This document shows positions 1 through 13,283 of a stretch of DNA of 64,000 nucleotides, one piece after another. Location: assembly GCA_013265495.1 (NCBI GenBank), contig MU058844.1:10002184-10066183 (forward strand), given 5' to 3'. The notes under the pieces are model-generated. The model was not told where the DNA came from, did no database searches, and was given only the letters and a program-made list of their open reading frames with translations. The stretch's first letter is position 1. The number at the start of each line of letters is the position of its first letter. Both the position numbers and the translations under genes were made by a program. Origin of the DNA: Vicugna vicugna. Its lineage: Eukaryota.

Positions 1-1620
1 AAAAGACAGATCCAGAATCACACAGGAAATACCGACAGAGACCATCATTTTGAGCTCCTGATCTCAAGAAACGCTGAGTGTGTGGTGAATATTAGCTGAG
101 GTCAGCTTGTACATAAGATAATACATTATAACATAATATTATGTACAATAATGCAGAAGACACATACACAAGGGATCCCAGCTAAAAAGGTCCAGGTAAA
201 TTGTTTTCATCTATGTCTTTTGATAATTGGGCCAATTTTTTTGATTCAAGGGAGTACCTATAATGAAAATATATTTCTGTTTGAATTATGACATTTTTCC
301 TAAAATCCCTGTAAGTATTTTTTTTGTCCTCATTCAAAACATCTCAGACTCTTTAGAATTTAATAAATCCTATTAGAGAAGATAAAATTCTATCAAACAA
401 AAACATCAAGTATGAACATTATTTCTAAGATATCATGCTCCTGATAGTCTACATGCTGGAATAAAACCAATACTAATAATCTGCAGCACTTTTGAAAGAT
501 TAAATAGCATTTAATCTAAGATTTAAAAGAAGGTTTTTAATTTGTTCAAGTTTAAATTACTAAAGCTAGTTACTTTTATAGTACTGCCATGAGTGAATAA
601 TCTGTAAGTATTTTCTTATAATCACTCTAGAAACCCCCAGACAAATATGAGGACTGCCAATTCCCAAAGCAGATTAGCAAGATACCTATAAAATAAAAAG
701 AGTTTATAAACTAGTGGGCTTGTTTTTCAACCCAACTGAAACTCAAAATTAGTTAAATATCTTACAAGATAATGACCTTAAGAATGTTGCATTTGGTGAA
801 CCTTAGCATTTTCAGGATCTCGATTATATAAGCCTCCTGTCTCAAATTGCACTTATCCTGTGCTGCTATAATTGGAGTCATGCAGCTTATCTAATTCAAT
901 TAACTCAGCTTTAGAAGGAAAAAAAAAAAAAAAAAGGACTGAGCATATAAACTTCAGAAGCTCAGGAAATATTCTAAACCTCCAAACAAGAGAAGTCTGA
1001 AAAACAAGGGAAACTAAAACTACTGAGTTCCCAGAAAGACATTAAATGTATGATTTATTTTAAATATGTGCATTGTTTTCTACAATTAATGGAGGCTTTG
1101 AAAATTAACGAAGTAACTGCATATTGGTTTTCCAACCCAAAGCAACTATTATCCAAGTAGCTACCATTTTGTACTAGGCACATTACATACAGCATTGCAT
1201 GAAAATTCACAACAGTCTGGCAAGAAAGAAATTACTATTGCAATTTACTGAGGGGAAAATAAGTTAATTTTTCCATTTTGGATGCTAATTTTAATAAAGG
1301 AAATCAGCATTAAATAATATTTTTCATAAATCAGTTGGCTTGGGTGTGGCAAAATTAAAGGCATTTCCTTGCTGCTAGGTTTAGCATTCCCAGAAGCAGA
1401 AGCAGGAAGTCCCATGTTCAAGGACTGTTATTATATCATCCTTCAAATACCAACTCAGATGTCATCTCCTATAGGCATTCCTGATAAAGTTAGTAGTTCT
1501 ATCCTCCATATTCACTGCACTTTGCACTTAGATTATGTGTAATTGCAGAAGACCTGTTTCTCTGCCCAATTAGAATCTGAGTTCCTAGGACAGGGACATA
1601 TCTAAGTTGTTTCTGTTTCC

Positions 1621-1730
1621 ATGGCCAACAGACAGATGAAAAGATGCTCAACATTACTAATCATCAGGGAAATGCAAATCAAAACCACAGTGAGACATCA
1701 CCTCACACCTGCCAGAATGGCTATTGTCAT
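1621..1730 (+). mobile_element. L1 ORF2 3' fragment
   Basis: gaaaagatgctcaacattactaatcatcagggaaatgcaaatcaaaaccacagtgagacatcacctcacacctgccagaatggctatt, typical L1 ORF2 C-terminal DNA; also similar to 37595-37678 in this window. Confidence 0.85.
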
Positions 1731-2104
1731 TGTGATGCAGTCTTTTAGTATAAGAAATACAGAGAATATCCTTTAGGGGAAAATGAATGTAGGTAGGTGT
1801 AGTACTGGGTGAAAATTGAGGGGAGTGGAAGGCTGACTGGTAGCTTCTCACTTCCATTTTTTTAATGCCCACTTACTCGATCATAATGCCCTTCTTTTGG
1901 TATCACTTGCCTCCTCTGCCCTCAAACCCAGACTCTCCACCTCAAACATATATCTTGATTTCAACCAGTAAGAGATATTTCACTATACTGCTGTTTTCAT
2001 TTGCCCTAAAGAAAGCAATTTGGTTTCCAAGTTCAAAGTCTAAAATACATCAAATTTTCCAAAGACAAAAATGTTAATTTCTTAATGATGAAATTTCAAA
2101 TGAA

Positions 2105-2610
2105 GTGGGTCTAGCAGGCTCTTTTTTGTAACCAGCTCCCTCTTCATTTTTTTGTTTTTTGTTTTTTTTAGTATTAGAACCCATAAGTTTTTGCTGAGTA
2201 TATGGCTGCCTAGCCAAAGACAACATTTCCCAGTTGTCCTTGCTTCTAGGTGTGGCCATGTTCTGACCAAAGAGTTAAAAGTGAGAGTGTGCATGAAACT
2301 TCTAGGTCACTTCCTTAAAATAGCTGACAGCTTTCTACTTCCTTTTGTCCCTTCCTAAGGGCTAAAACACAGACATGGCAGGGGTGAGCCAGTTTTGGCC
2401 ATGAAACTGAGAATAATACCCTAGGCCCTTGGGGATGACATAGCAATTGTATCACTGAGTCAAAGGAAAACTCATGAAGCAGACATATGGTACAAACCCA
2501 GGACCGCTTGCCAGCTTGGACTTTAAACGACAGAATTACAAAGCGTCCGATTTAATTTAAGCCACAGATACTTTGGCAACTGAAGCAGCCAAACAATATC
2601 TCAACTAATA
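2105..2610 (+). mobile_element. MaLR LTR, MLT1J-like
   Basis: acaacatttcccagttgtccttgcttctaggtgtggccatgttctgaccaa ... tttaagccacag ... gcagccaaacaatatctcaactaata resembles recalled MLT1J consensus. Confidence 0.6.
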
Positions 2611-2772
2611 AATAGAGAATAATGACTTTCCTGGATCTGCCAAATGATCCTTCACCTCAGCCAATTTGAGAAGTGGGTGCTAAAGATGATAATGATAAGA
2701 CAAGTGACAAGGCTATTGGAGAATGGTCCAAGAATGAATCACCAAGGAATAAAAACAATTTTTAATTCCAGC

Positions 2773-2925
2773 GGGGGGAGGCTATAGCTTAGTGGTAGAG
2801 CACATGCTTAGCATGCACAAGGTCCTGGGTTCAATCCCTAGTGCCTCCATTAAAATAAATACGTAAATAAATAAAACCTAATTGCCTCCCCCCAAAACAA
2901 AACCAAAAATAAATAAATAAATAAA
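2773..2925 (+). mobile_element. Camelid tRNA-Ala-derived SINE (vic-1 type), long form
   Basis: GGGGGAGGCTATAGCTTAGTGG (A box) ... GGTTCAATCC (B box), aaacctaattgcctccccc, (AAAT)n tail; imperfect flanking duplication aattt(t/a)aattcca. Confidence 0.9.
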
Positions 2926-3659
2926 AATTTTAAATTCCATATGTATGGCTAAATAAGAACAATGGACCACCTACAGAGATACCTAAAAAAGTGGCTAAGT
3001 GATAGCACAGAGATATAACAATTCAGTGCCGAAATGAAAAATAAAACCAAATAGAGAGCAGAATGCTGTAAAATATAGAGTGAGGTCAGTACTCAGTATT
3101 TTAAGCAGAGGGGGTTACTCTTCCAAAGTTTCTGCATTAGTTCAGAAATCCCTGAAATTTAGAGACTCTATATACAAATAAAGGTATAACTGTACCTCTA
3201 CTCAAAATTAACATGTATCCCAAATAGGCTTCTTTTAATATCTGGAAAATATCATTACATTCATTGTTTTTAGAATAATCTTAATTTAACTAAAGCAGAG
3301 TGATTATAAATAATTTCATATTACCTCAGACTTTCCTTTTTGTTTGCACCTTTGATAAACGTCTTAACAAGCTACCCAAGATGTTATTTCACTGGTTTTA
3401 TTCAATCGAAAATTAGTCTGTTTTTTTACAACAAAGTTCCCATATACTGTTTACACTTCTTGGGGAGATTTAAAAAATGCAAACATGTTAAAATTTCTTG
3501 AGATATTCTTGAATATTCAAGGCAGATAATCACAAACACTTGGTAAATTTTTGAAAAAAAAATAAAAAGGACTTCAACAATGGGTAATTTACAATAAATT
3601 CTATATTGATGAACATATGATGAATTTCACTGAATTTTTTCCTTAGACAACCACTTTAG

Positions 3660-4145
3660 TCTTGGTGTTCTTAACACAGGAGTGAGTACAGGAGTCCATG
3701 ACCTTGGACAGGGAAAATATTATATGTTTATTTTCTTGGATCGCCAACTGATATTTAGTATTTCTTTCAATTATACACATATGCAACACATCACAATGCT
3801 CTCAGCAAAATCTGTGACTTTGTCATCAATATAACTCATATCTCATTTTTTTCATATTTTCATTTCTCATCACAATTGTTGCAGATGTTTCAAAAGACTG
3901 TTTATACTCTTCATTATGTCAAACTACAGTAGTTATTCGACCTGAAATGCATCTAAAAAAGCACATAGATCAGAAATTCACTTCTTTTACTATTTTGGTT
4001 ACTCTATTTCAATATAAGTAGTTTTCTTTGTAATCTTATGTGTTTTATTTTCTGCATTTTAAAACATTATTTTGAAAAAGAGCCTATAGACATCTCTCGA
4101 TTCCCAAAAGGGATCAGTGGCCCAAAAATGACATAAGAACCTGCT
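3660..4145. mobile_element. hAT-Charlie-like DNA transposon fossil
   Basis: termini-like gttcttaacacaggagt..gagtccatg and aaagggatcagtggcccaaaaatgacataagaacctgctg; subfamily not resolved. Confidence 0.5.
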
Positions 4146-4349
4146 GTATTCTGTTCACATTGCTTATACTAAACACTCAGACTGTACTTCTTCACCAGCA
4201 AGGTTTTAATAGCTGTCAGTACAGCTTATATTTTACATTTCCTATTCCATTTTGTGAACTGCTGAGATGGTTAAGTTATAGAGTGGTTTTTTTTGCTCTT
4301 CTTTTCAGATAAAGAAAATTTTATTGCAAATATTAATCATTTAACTTAC

Positions 4350-4456
4350 TTGCAAAGATCATTAACACAGCTGGCAATATATAAATATGGATCAATATAT
4401 TCATGGCAGCTCAAAAAGGGAAATTGCAACAGTATCTGACACTTGAAGAAGATTGC
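4350..4456 (-). CDS. OTOGL: OTOGL coding exon 10 (C8 domain): AIFFKCQILLQFPFLSCHEYIDPYLYIASCVNDLC(K)
   Basis: ctttttctgcacag| acceptor, 107 nt, CAA|gtaagt donor; C8 motif F-x-x-CH-x-x-IDP-x-x-Y-x-x-x-C-x-x-DLC; gene continues past position 1. Confidence 0.96.
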
Positions 4457-4817
4457 CTGTGCAGAAAAAGATGGAAGTCACCAGAACACACTTAATAATA
4501 TTCATGTACTCTCATTTTTTCTACTGATCTGTTTGCAAGACTCTGTTCTTACCAGGAAAGAGAAAGTAATTTATGAGTGTAAATTTTAAACAACATTTTT
4601 CTGACTATATATTTTCATAATGAGAACTACTTTTAGGAAACTCGTTACATTAATCATTTCTGAAATAATCTTAAAGTTATTCCTGTTGCAGTTATACTTC
4701 CTGAATTTAACAGTGTTTAATTATGTGGTTTGCAATAAAAATGCTTAGCGTTAAATATACAAATACAATACATGTGTTTAATATTCAACATGCCCAGATT
4801 TTTTACATCATACTTAC

Positions 4818-4945
4818 CTCAAATGCTGGCATTCCACTGGAGCATGGATTTGGAAAATCTGAGGGTGTGGGGACACATTTGGTGTCATCCAAAGTCTGCA
4901 CTGACCAACTATTTGCAAACATAGCAATGTCTTCTGTATAGTCCT
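4818..4945 (-). CDS. OTOGL: OTOGL coding exon 9: DYTEDIAMFANSWSVQTLDDTKCVPTPSDFPNPCSSGMPAFE
   Basis: gtgaaacag| acceptor, 128 nt, GAG|gtaagt donor; F-x-NSW motif following VWD. Confidence 0.96.
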
Positions 4946-6014
4946 CTGTTTCACACAAACACACACATAAAAATGTATGTCATAGGATCACTTTCCACAA
5001 ACACACCATTTATCAACATAAACTTCCTGGTCAGAAAGTTAAACTCAGTAACTTTGTAATCATCAGTGATATTAGACTATAACATTACTTTAGCATAATA
5101 AAAATAAATCGAACAAAGCATTAAGTGCCAAATAAAAGCTAGCATCATTGAAGAGAAAAAGCAAACTTCATTGAAGTAACATGGGGAAGGGTTGAAAGCA
5201 AATGATACCACATGTGCACAAGCAAAGTGCTAGTTAGCCTGCAGTCTGTGCTGGAGAGAGGAGAAAAATATGCATAGAACGAGGAAACATAAGTAAAAGT
5301 TTGGTATGAAACTTCAGAGAGCCCTATCATTCTATTTGACATTAGTCAGAACCTTACTAAAATTGTAGTTCCATTTTGGTGGTAAACAACATGAAAAAAA
5401 AAATCTTGAGCTCTTGTGGGGATTTCAGAGGACAGTCACACAGATAGTTCAAGACTGGAAAAGACACCCGGAGAAGAAAGGACTAAGTGACTCCATTTCA
5501 TCTGAATGTGACGACTAGTGCTTCTGAAGATGCTCAGGACAGATTAAGAACCCTGATACTCTCCCAGTGTTATTCAGAGGCAAGATTCAGGAGCTAATAG
5601 GCAGCAGCAACAAACTGGCAGTTGTTGGTGAGATCTCTGGGTGCTCTGCTCCAAATCAAGTTGAAATTGTCTCAGCAGCTGGCCTGAGGACAAGTTCAAG
5701 GCCTGACAGGAAAATCAACCCTGCCTGACATTCAGACAAAGGCTGAATCTACCATCTTGAAGATTTAGCAGACCCGAACAGGATGACCTCTCGAATTTCC
5801 ATCTGACAGCCTTCAGATTACGGTATTAGCTTGTCCACCACTGAGATTTACAGAGCCACAGGTCCACCACTGATGACCAGCTACTGCATCACTAGAATCA
5901 AAATTGCAAGCCAAATATTTGACCACTCTCTCTCAGCATCTTCAAGATAGGAAGATACCTGCCTGCTACTACTGATGGTTGGGAAGATTGTGGGAGTTCA
6001 TCTATATGAATGCT

Positions 6015-6745
6015 TTGTTGTTTTAGGATAAAATCCCAAACTTTACTGTGGCCTGGAAGACCTTTCTGATCTGGCCCCTGCATTCCCCCAACCCTTATCT
6101 CCTCCACCTGCACTGCCCCCAACCCCTCCTACATCATCTCCTCCTACTCTTCCTCAACCTACTCCAGTCATACTGGCTTTCTACTGTTATTCCCTCAAGC
6201 TCATTTCCCTCCTGCTTGCTTTTGTTCTTGCATCTCCTCCTTCAAAATTACTCTTCCCTCCCACTTTCCCTCTGCTCTCTTTCTTATTTCATTTAGGTGA
6301 CTATTTAAATATGAGCTCCTTAGAGAAGTCTTCTCTGTCACCAGACACATACTGTTCTATTACTCTTGTTCTGATGTCCTTTTTTTTTTTTTTTGGTGGT
6401 GGGGGTAAGTAATTAGGTTTATTTATTTTGGAGGAGGCCCTGGGGATTGAACCCAGGACCTCTTGTATGCTAAGCACACGCTCTACCACTTGAGCTATAC
6501 CCTTCCCCCTGTTCTGTCACTCTTAGTCTCCTTCTTCCACTTTTTTTAATGTACTTTTTCTGTCATTGCTCACAAAAATTATATTTTAATCTGTCTCTTT
6601 ATTTATTGTTTTATTTTGCCTCCCACTACATGAAGGGAGAGGGGCTTGTCTGAGCGGTCCTATTGCTGGATCCCTAGTTTAGTATCTGGTATAGAGTAGG
6701 TGCTCAAAATATATTTGCTAAATAAGTGAATGAATAAATAAAAGA
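6015..6745 (+). mobile_element. L2 fragment (interrupted by a SINE)
   Basis: ggataaaatcccaaactttactgtggcctggaagacctttctgatctggccc ... agtatctggtatagagtaggtgctcaaaatatatttgctaaataagtgaatgaataaa L2 3' end. Confidence 0.7.
6380..6509 (-). mobile_element. Camelid tRNA-Ala-derived SINE (vic-1 type), long form
   Basis: minus strand GGGGAAGGGTATAGCTCAAGTGGTAGAGCGTGTGCTTAGCATACAAGAGGTCCTGGGTTCAATCCCCAG...aaacctaattacttacccc + poly-A. Confidence 0.92.
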
Positions 6746-7184
6746 GAGTTTGTCATTTTTATTAAATAGATTGTTAGAATCCTAGAACTTTCAAATTTGT
6801 CTGGTCCACTTCATTATCTCTGATATTGTTGGAAATGCTGCACACTGAACCAAGCATGGGCCTTGTCTAATATGCATAGTCACATTTCATTTCAAAGCAT
6901 CATCATTTTTTAAAGGTCTGCAGAACCAGCAGTATTTCCTAAAGGCCCATATATTTCCATGTTCATGAACAAATTTTAATGTAACTAAACAACCTGGGCA
7001 ATCCCTTAGAGTTCACTTTAATTCCAGCTTTTAACTGCATATTTAGCTATTTTCACTACATTGCATTAATAAAAGAGTCACAAATGTTGGTTATTATGAG
7101 ACTTTAAATCCGTATCAATTGGTGGTCTGGGAGCCTACAAAACTAAAATTAAAATGTTTCATGTAAAATATGCTGTAAATAGAA

Positions 7185-7285
7185 TAACTTATTGTCCATA
7201 TTGGGACACTTGTGAGAGTGAAAGAGAGGCACTATTAATTATTATACTGGGAAAAACAAGAGTAAATCAGGGCTTCTATGCTGAT
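7185..7285. mobile_element. MER81-like hAT fossil
   Basis: attgtccatattgggacacttgtgagagtgaaagagaggcactattaattattatactgggaaaaacaag resembles recalled MER81 core. Confidence 0.5.
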
Positions 7286-8859
7286 GTGTAGTTAGGTATA
7301 GATATGAATTATGAAACCAGAAGCTCAACTAGACAACAAATTAAAATCTTTCTAAAACCACAGTAATTCTGAAAAGGCTCATTTCTTTGTGAAGTCATTC
7401 TTGAAGAGTGCACAGGAATGCAGAGAGAAATGCAGTTTTAATCACTGTTAAGAAACTATGCATTCAATCAAACTACCTCTCTGCCTCTCAAGATTTATCT
7501 AATCAGCAAAGTACAGGCTGAGTTTCAAGAAAATACTAGGCTTCTCAAAGGTCAAGGTGATGCGGCTCACCAGGAGACATTTTCTTGCATTATTACGGCC
7601 TGGGAGAAAAATCACAGGGCAGGTTCTAGTCACATCCTTATAAATTATTTTAAGTTATTTTTATTATTATTATTGTTGTTGTTGTTGTTACTACTCTGCT
7701 TTACATTGTGCACTAAATAAAATTGTGAAAAAGCTGAAATCTCTCTTTAGGCTCCTCCGATATACTTTCCGGGGACTTTCTTACCTTCTGCCAGTTCAGC
7801 CATAACTCAGCCCGCTTGTCTCCTGCCAGCCTTCTCCCACTAATAATCGGCTAACACCTCTTTACCTGCTGCCCATTTATCTCCCTGTGGGCAACCATTT
7901 TATGTTCCAGGTTATCAAAGTCTGTCTGACTCCCAAATCCTAATCTGATTCTCTCTGCCTCTAATAAAAGCACATGCTATTTTCTCTCCCGACTTCTATA
8001 CCATGTTCCCCAGATATCCTCGGGGAACTTGCCCGCAGCAGTCTTCTCTCACTCTAACGTTGAGAAATGGATTAAGGGTTATTTTTTTCATAAAGCTTTG
8101 ATACAGAAGAAAAAGAACTCAATAATTGGTTCTGCCTGAGTCCAAAACACTACTTCCTAACACAGTCTCAAGATTCTAAGTTTGTGGACTCTTTCATTCT
8201 AAAAACCCAGTTGGCATTCTCTGTGATTGATAAATTAAAACCTGTAATAACATTTCCCTCAGTTGAGGATAAGTTCATTTTATTTCAGTTTGAATCCGAC
8301 AGCTCTTAATATGAGAACTATTGTTAAAACACTTGCATAATTTCAAAAGCATTTTTATGGATCACAAAAGACATAGGAGAGCTTGAAGATACTTTAAAAA
8401 TTATTTTTTTGTGTGTGAGGAGTTCATATTCAACTACATAATCTGTACACCGAAAAATAGCAGGGATGCATTTTAAATAAAGTTTTGTTGATAATTTTTT
8501 AAAAAACCAGTTGGATGCAAAACACCATTTCATGATGATCTTAATACTGTACATTTGCACTGTGCTCACAGACTTTTGAACATTTTCACTTGTATGTTCT
8601 CATTATATCTTCATTAGCTGGGAAATTCTCAGGGTCATTACTATTATCTCCACTTTGCATATAAGAAACTGACTCCTTAAAGCCCTGCTCCTTAGCTGCT
8701 AGTAAACTAATCCTGATGAAGCACTATCCATCCTGGGGATATGTTTGCATTTTAACAAGAGCCTCTTGAAGCAATGTCTTTAATCAAACATTTTCATGTT
8801 AGCACCATTACAGGCTTATTGAGAACACTTGGAAATTATTATAAATTAGCTAAAATGTT

Positions 8860-9035
8860 TTTACTGTTAACTCTGTGCCAAGCCAGGCACCATATTAAGT
8901 ATCTTGCATGTTATCTCCTTCAATCCTTGCAACTCTGTGGAGTATATACTATTTGTATATTATTAAACTTAGAAAGTTTGGTAAGTGACAAAGCAGAATT
9001 TGAATCCCACAGTCTGACTCCAGAGCCCACACCCT
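8860..9035 (-). mobile_element. MIR SINE
   Basis: tgtgccaagccaggcacc...gcagaatttgaatcccacagtctgactccagagccc. Confidence 0.65.
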
Positions 9036-9869
9036 AAGCAGAACTTTCATTCCCTTAAAACATATGGGTGACTCTTCTCTATTAATTTTATAATATAAAA
9101 CAAAAAAGTATTATATAGCACTTTACAGATTAAAAGTCAAATTCTCTCATGTTTATCTAAGCAAAGGATTGGGAGCCAGATGGATCTGTAACCTGATGGC
9201 ACCATTTATAAGCTGTGTTACATTGGTCACAATACCTTGTGTCTTCATTGCAATATTAAGAAAATACCACTCACCTTACAGGATGTTGGAAGAGCTGGGA
9301 ATATTATAGGTATGTGCTCATATCAACTGTTATTGTAAATAGTATCAAGGTATGTTATTATTGTTATTAGTGATGCTGTGATTTCAGAATTATTTGATCC
9401 CTGTTTTTCAGCTGAAGAAACGGAGCCAATTAAATGAGATGCCTCAAATTATAAAATTTATGAGTTGGAACAAGATTCAAAATCAGGTCTTCTGGTACTA
9501 AGAACAGTATTCTTTCTTACTGCACCTTTATATGTGGACCTAAGTCATGATTGTGCCCTGTAATTCTCTTATTCTGTTGCCACTGCACACCTGTATTGAA
9601 ACAGAACCCATTTTTAATAGCTCACTGAGATTAGTTTCATGACTTAGAATGAATGGATGAATGAATAATACATACCTCATTATACATGAATAAAATCTTT
9701 CTAAGTTATTATTCAACTTTTAAAATTCTGCTCACATCTTATTATATTTAAAAAACTATTATTTGCCAGTCATTTAATTTATTCCTATCAAGACTGGATG
9801 CCAAATATCTTTTGCCCAAAAGTAGACAGATTTGCCCCGAGTGGCTCTGAATCACTGAAAAATAAGCCC

Positions 9870-9968
9870 CAAGAAAGGAGTTTTTGTCTTGCTTACTGAT
9901 GTATCCCAAGTTTCTACAACAGTGCCAGGTACAAAGTAAATGCTCAATTAACATTTGTTACATGAATA
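9870..9968 (+). mobile_element. L2 3' end
   Basis: ttactgatgtatcccaagtttctacaacagtgccaggtacaaagtaaatgctcaattaacatttgttacatgaataa. Confidence 0.65.
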
Positions 9969-10176
9969 AGACCTGGCCTGCATTAATTTAGCAAATGTAA
10001 ACTAGTTCACAGACTTCAAGAATGATACAAAAACATTTTCCTATTCAATGATAGCTACCATTTTTACGCAGCCTGGACAAGCTGTGCCCTTCTAGGTACG
10101 AATAGCGTGATCAGTGAAGGACGAAGACCTCAGACGTACCTATGTACCTCCCACTTCTTCAGCTCCACCTACGTAC

Positions 10177-10382
10177 CTTGCTGAATGATGAAATCATCTG
10201 ATTGAATGCTGTTGTAGTTTGCACACAGGCCACACGATTTCCCTTTATGCTCCTCAGACAGCTTGAGGTAAATTCCAGATACTCCATCCCAAGCCAATGA
10301 AAAACCAAAGGTTGTTTTCACCAGAATATAGTCAGCTAGTTTCTCAATGAAAACCTGTCCAATTGTCTGAGGCAACATTAAA
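10177..10382 (-). CDS. OTOGL: OTOGL coding exon 8 (VWD1 end, CGLC motif): LMLPQTIGQVFIEKLADYILVKTTFGFSLAWDGVSGIYLKLSEEHKGKSCGLCANYNSIQSDDFIIQQ
   Basis: ctatttttcaag| acceptor, 206 nt, AAG|gtacgt donor; WDG and CGLC-x-NYN-x(4)-DDF VWD motifs. Confidence 0.98.
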
Positions 10383-13109
10383 CTTGAAAAATAGAACAAA
10401 GGCAGTCTCAGAATTATGATGAAGGCTCCATTATAGATGATCTATCTCTTTCTTAAAGTAACTGAGACTTAAATCAAAGGTAGTTATTATTCAAAATTAC
10501 TGAATAAGCTATACAGTTAGATGTTCCAAGCAACCATTCAAAGGAAATCTTAACATTTTTGAGATTTTAATATTGAAAGAAGAAGACAACAAAAATGATA
10601 CCTGTTTCCTCACAGTGATTAAGATTTTTATACTTATAATTGGATGCTTCTTTCAAACACCCCCAAAACACACTTCTGCTAAATATCAGTGATTTTTAAA
10701 ATCTGGACAATACGAATCTATTTAGAATAATGAGAGCTAAATATGTTGATATTTTTATCTAGAGAGTTCAAGAGAATCTAAAAATGCTCTTCAACAATTT
10801 TGAAGTAAGAACAAACAATGGTCAAAATATGTAAACATATTGCTTGAGTGCTGACTTTGTTTAATTTTGTTTTAAACTTTGCTGTAAGGAAATAAGAGCT
10901 TCTATCCCCAAAATGTCACCCTGGTAAAAGTCATTATTTTCCAAGTGAAAAATGTCTGGGCATGATTATAATTTACATTTTTAATACTGCAAAGTACATT
11001 ATTAGAAATATAAAATAATTTTTCATACAGTATTGCATAGGGATTATATTCATAATTTTAAAATTGCATATAATTTGGCCTATTTAAGCAAAGGTAACAT
11101 TGAGTATTTAAACTTCTCATCTAATATCTAGCCTTTCCATTTTTTCCAAGCATGTACACATACAAAGGAAGTGGGAGACACACAAGAACTAAAGAAAACT
11201 AAACAATTGGGCATCTTAAAAGCACAGTAAGTTGCCTAGAATGCTTCTGAAAAAAACACTGTTCTTCCCATCTAAAAGTATTATAGAAAAGAGCAGGTGC
11301 TGGTAATTAAAGAAATGAAAGGGAAAAAGTCACTTTTACTAAAATCACCACGCTATCTGAAAATTATAAACTATAATGTGAGTGAGGTGAGAAATTAGTA
11401 GGAACATTCATACAGTTCTCTCAAAAACTTCAAATTAGTAAGTTCCTCTCCAGGAAGAATATGGCTATATGAAACAAAGACTATAAAACTAAAGATACTC
11501 CTTAACAAAGAGGTAGTCCTTAAAGAAATAATTCAAAATATCTGTGATCATTTGCACAAATATGTTTGCAGATAATTTTTATAGAGATTCAGTTTTAAGA
11601 ATAAAAAAATTATAATTTACATTGGAGAATAAATAGGAAGACTTTACTGCCATAACCTAGTCTTATTAAAAATTACCAACAAAAGGAATTCATTTTAAAT
11701 TCATAGAAGTAAGCATGAATAATGTTGTTTAATTGCAAGTTTATAAAAGCTATATTTGAAAAAAGTGAATCATGTTTTGCAGAGACATTCCATAGCAATG
11801 GGATGTTCATCATGTGAAGGTACAGTTGTTCTGCTGTGTGTTCTTTGGTTTGGTCATTTATCATGTGACCTCTTTCACAGTAAATTTGATTAAATACACA
11901 ATTTTTAAAAACAGAAGGTACATAACTGTGATATCTACATACAGTTGGCTACATCTAGATGTCTATAACATAAAAAGGTGCTAGTAATGATGGAAGATAT
12001 AGTAAAAATTAATCTCTCATAAATTCATGGAAAAAATGGCAGGAAACAATAAAGCAAATGAAAATGAATGCACAGATTAATACTGAAAATTATTGATGGG
12101 TTCATATGTACCAAAACCCTTCATTTCACACGGGAGAGAACTGATGTCCAGAGAGGTAAGGTGTAATGTGCAGAGCCTCACACATTTGATTTCATTTTGG
12201 TAAACATTTCTCTAGCACCTGCTATCAGTGAGGCCTCAGGCCTGGTACAGCATTATTATAAGCAACTTAGCTGAATAGTAAGAAAGCTATTCTCTTTCTA
12301 TCATACAAATGGACATCTTCAAAGAAATATTTTCTCTGAGTTAAAATTTAAATATTATGTCATAGATTTAACAAAGGGTTGGTGTTCTTGAAAATCTACT
12401 TGAATGATATTTTTGTTATATAAAACATAGTAATTTTTAAAGTGTCCATTGTGTTACCCAAAATCCCATATAAGGAATCCTAAAGTACTATTTAAATTAA
12501 GCTCCAAGAAATAATATACAAGTGTATTATCTCCCAATTCAAATGGCTAAGCTTTCTTTTATAAGAAAAAGGAAAATACAGAACTCGGTTGATCAAGAAA
12601 AGAAGCCCGAGAGAAGCAGAGGGGTTGCCTGGCTGGGACAAAGCCGGGCTCAGTGCCTGGCTCCCCTGGTGCTCCATCCAAAGCCCTTTCTGCTCTCACC
12701 TGCTGCCTCTTGAGGAGTCTGACGAAAAGGCACATAGGTTGGTACAGTCATTGCACTGTAAAGAATCCCCATGATTCAAGCACTTGCTGGTAAATTCTGA
12801 GTGATGGATAGAATTGTTACACCACACATTTTATTTTCCCTGACATAATTCAGTCAAGAAATACTCAAAATTGAGCATATCTATACTCACTTGGATTGGA
12901 AGGTAGATTATTCCATAGTACTCCTAATTTAAAATGTACAAACCTTTCCAACAAATAAACATCCCCTTCCCCCAAAGTTCTGGGCCTAGTAGTGGGCCCC
13001 TCTCTTACCCATTCAAGAAGACCAGTTATTTACTGGCTCTGACTCTTTGTCAGAACCAGTGAAACAGTGGGAAATCTTAAGTGACTTGCAAACCTCATTC
13101 ACACAAATT

Positions 13110-13283
13110 NNNNNNNNNNNNNNNNNNNNNNNNNNNNNNNNNNNNNNNNNNNNNNNNNNNNNNNNNNNNNNNNNNNNNNNNNNNNNNNNNNNNNNNNNNN
13201 NNNNNNNNNNNNNNNNNNNNNNNNNNNNNNNNNNNNNNNNNNNNNNNNNNNNNNNNNNNNNNNNNNNNNNNNNNNNNNNNNNN
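13110..13283. other. Assembly gap (174 N)
   Basis: run of N. Confidence 1.

Noticed and set aside
2773-2850. tRNA-Ala(AGC)-like sequences (also at 6430-6509, 47664-47740 and 57514-57590)
   Set aside because: They have A and B boxes and a TTAGCAT loop, but are diverged, followed by SINE tail modules and A-rich tails, and mostly flanked by TSDs. They are SINEs, not tRNA genes.
1-4349. Search for OTOGL coding exon 11 (expected to begin with the rest of the Lys codon and encode a TDDDETYC-like peptide)
   Set aside because: No matching peptide or exon found on the minus strand. The next exon presumably lies beyond the left edge.
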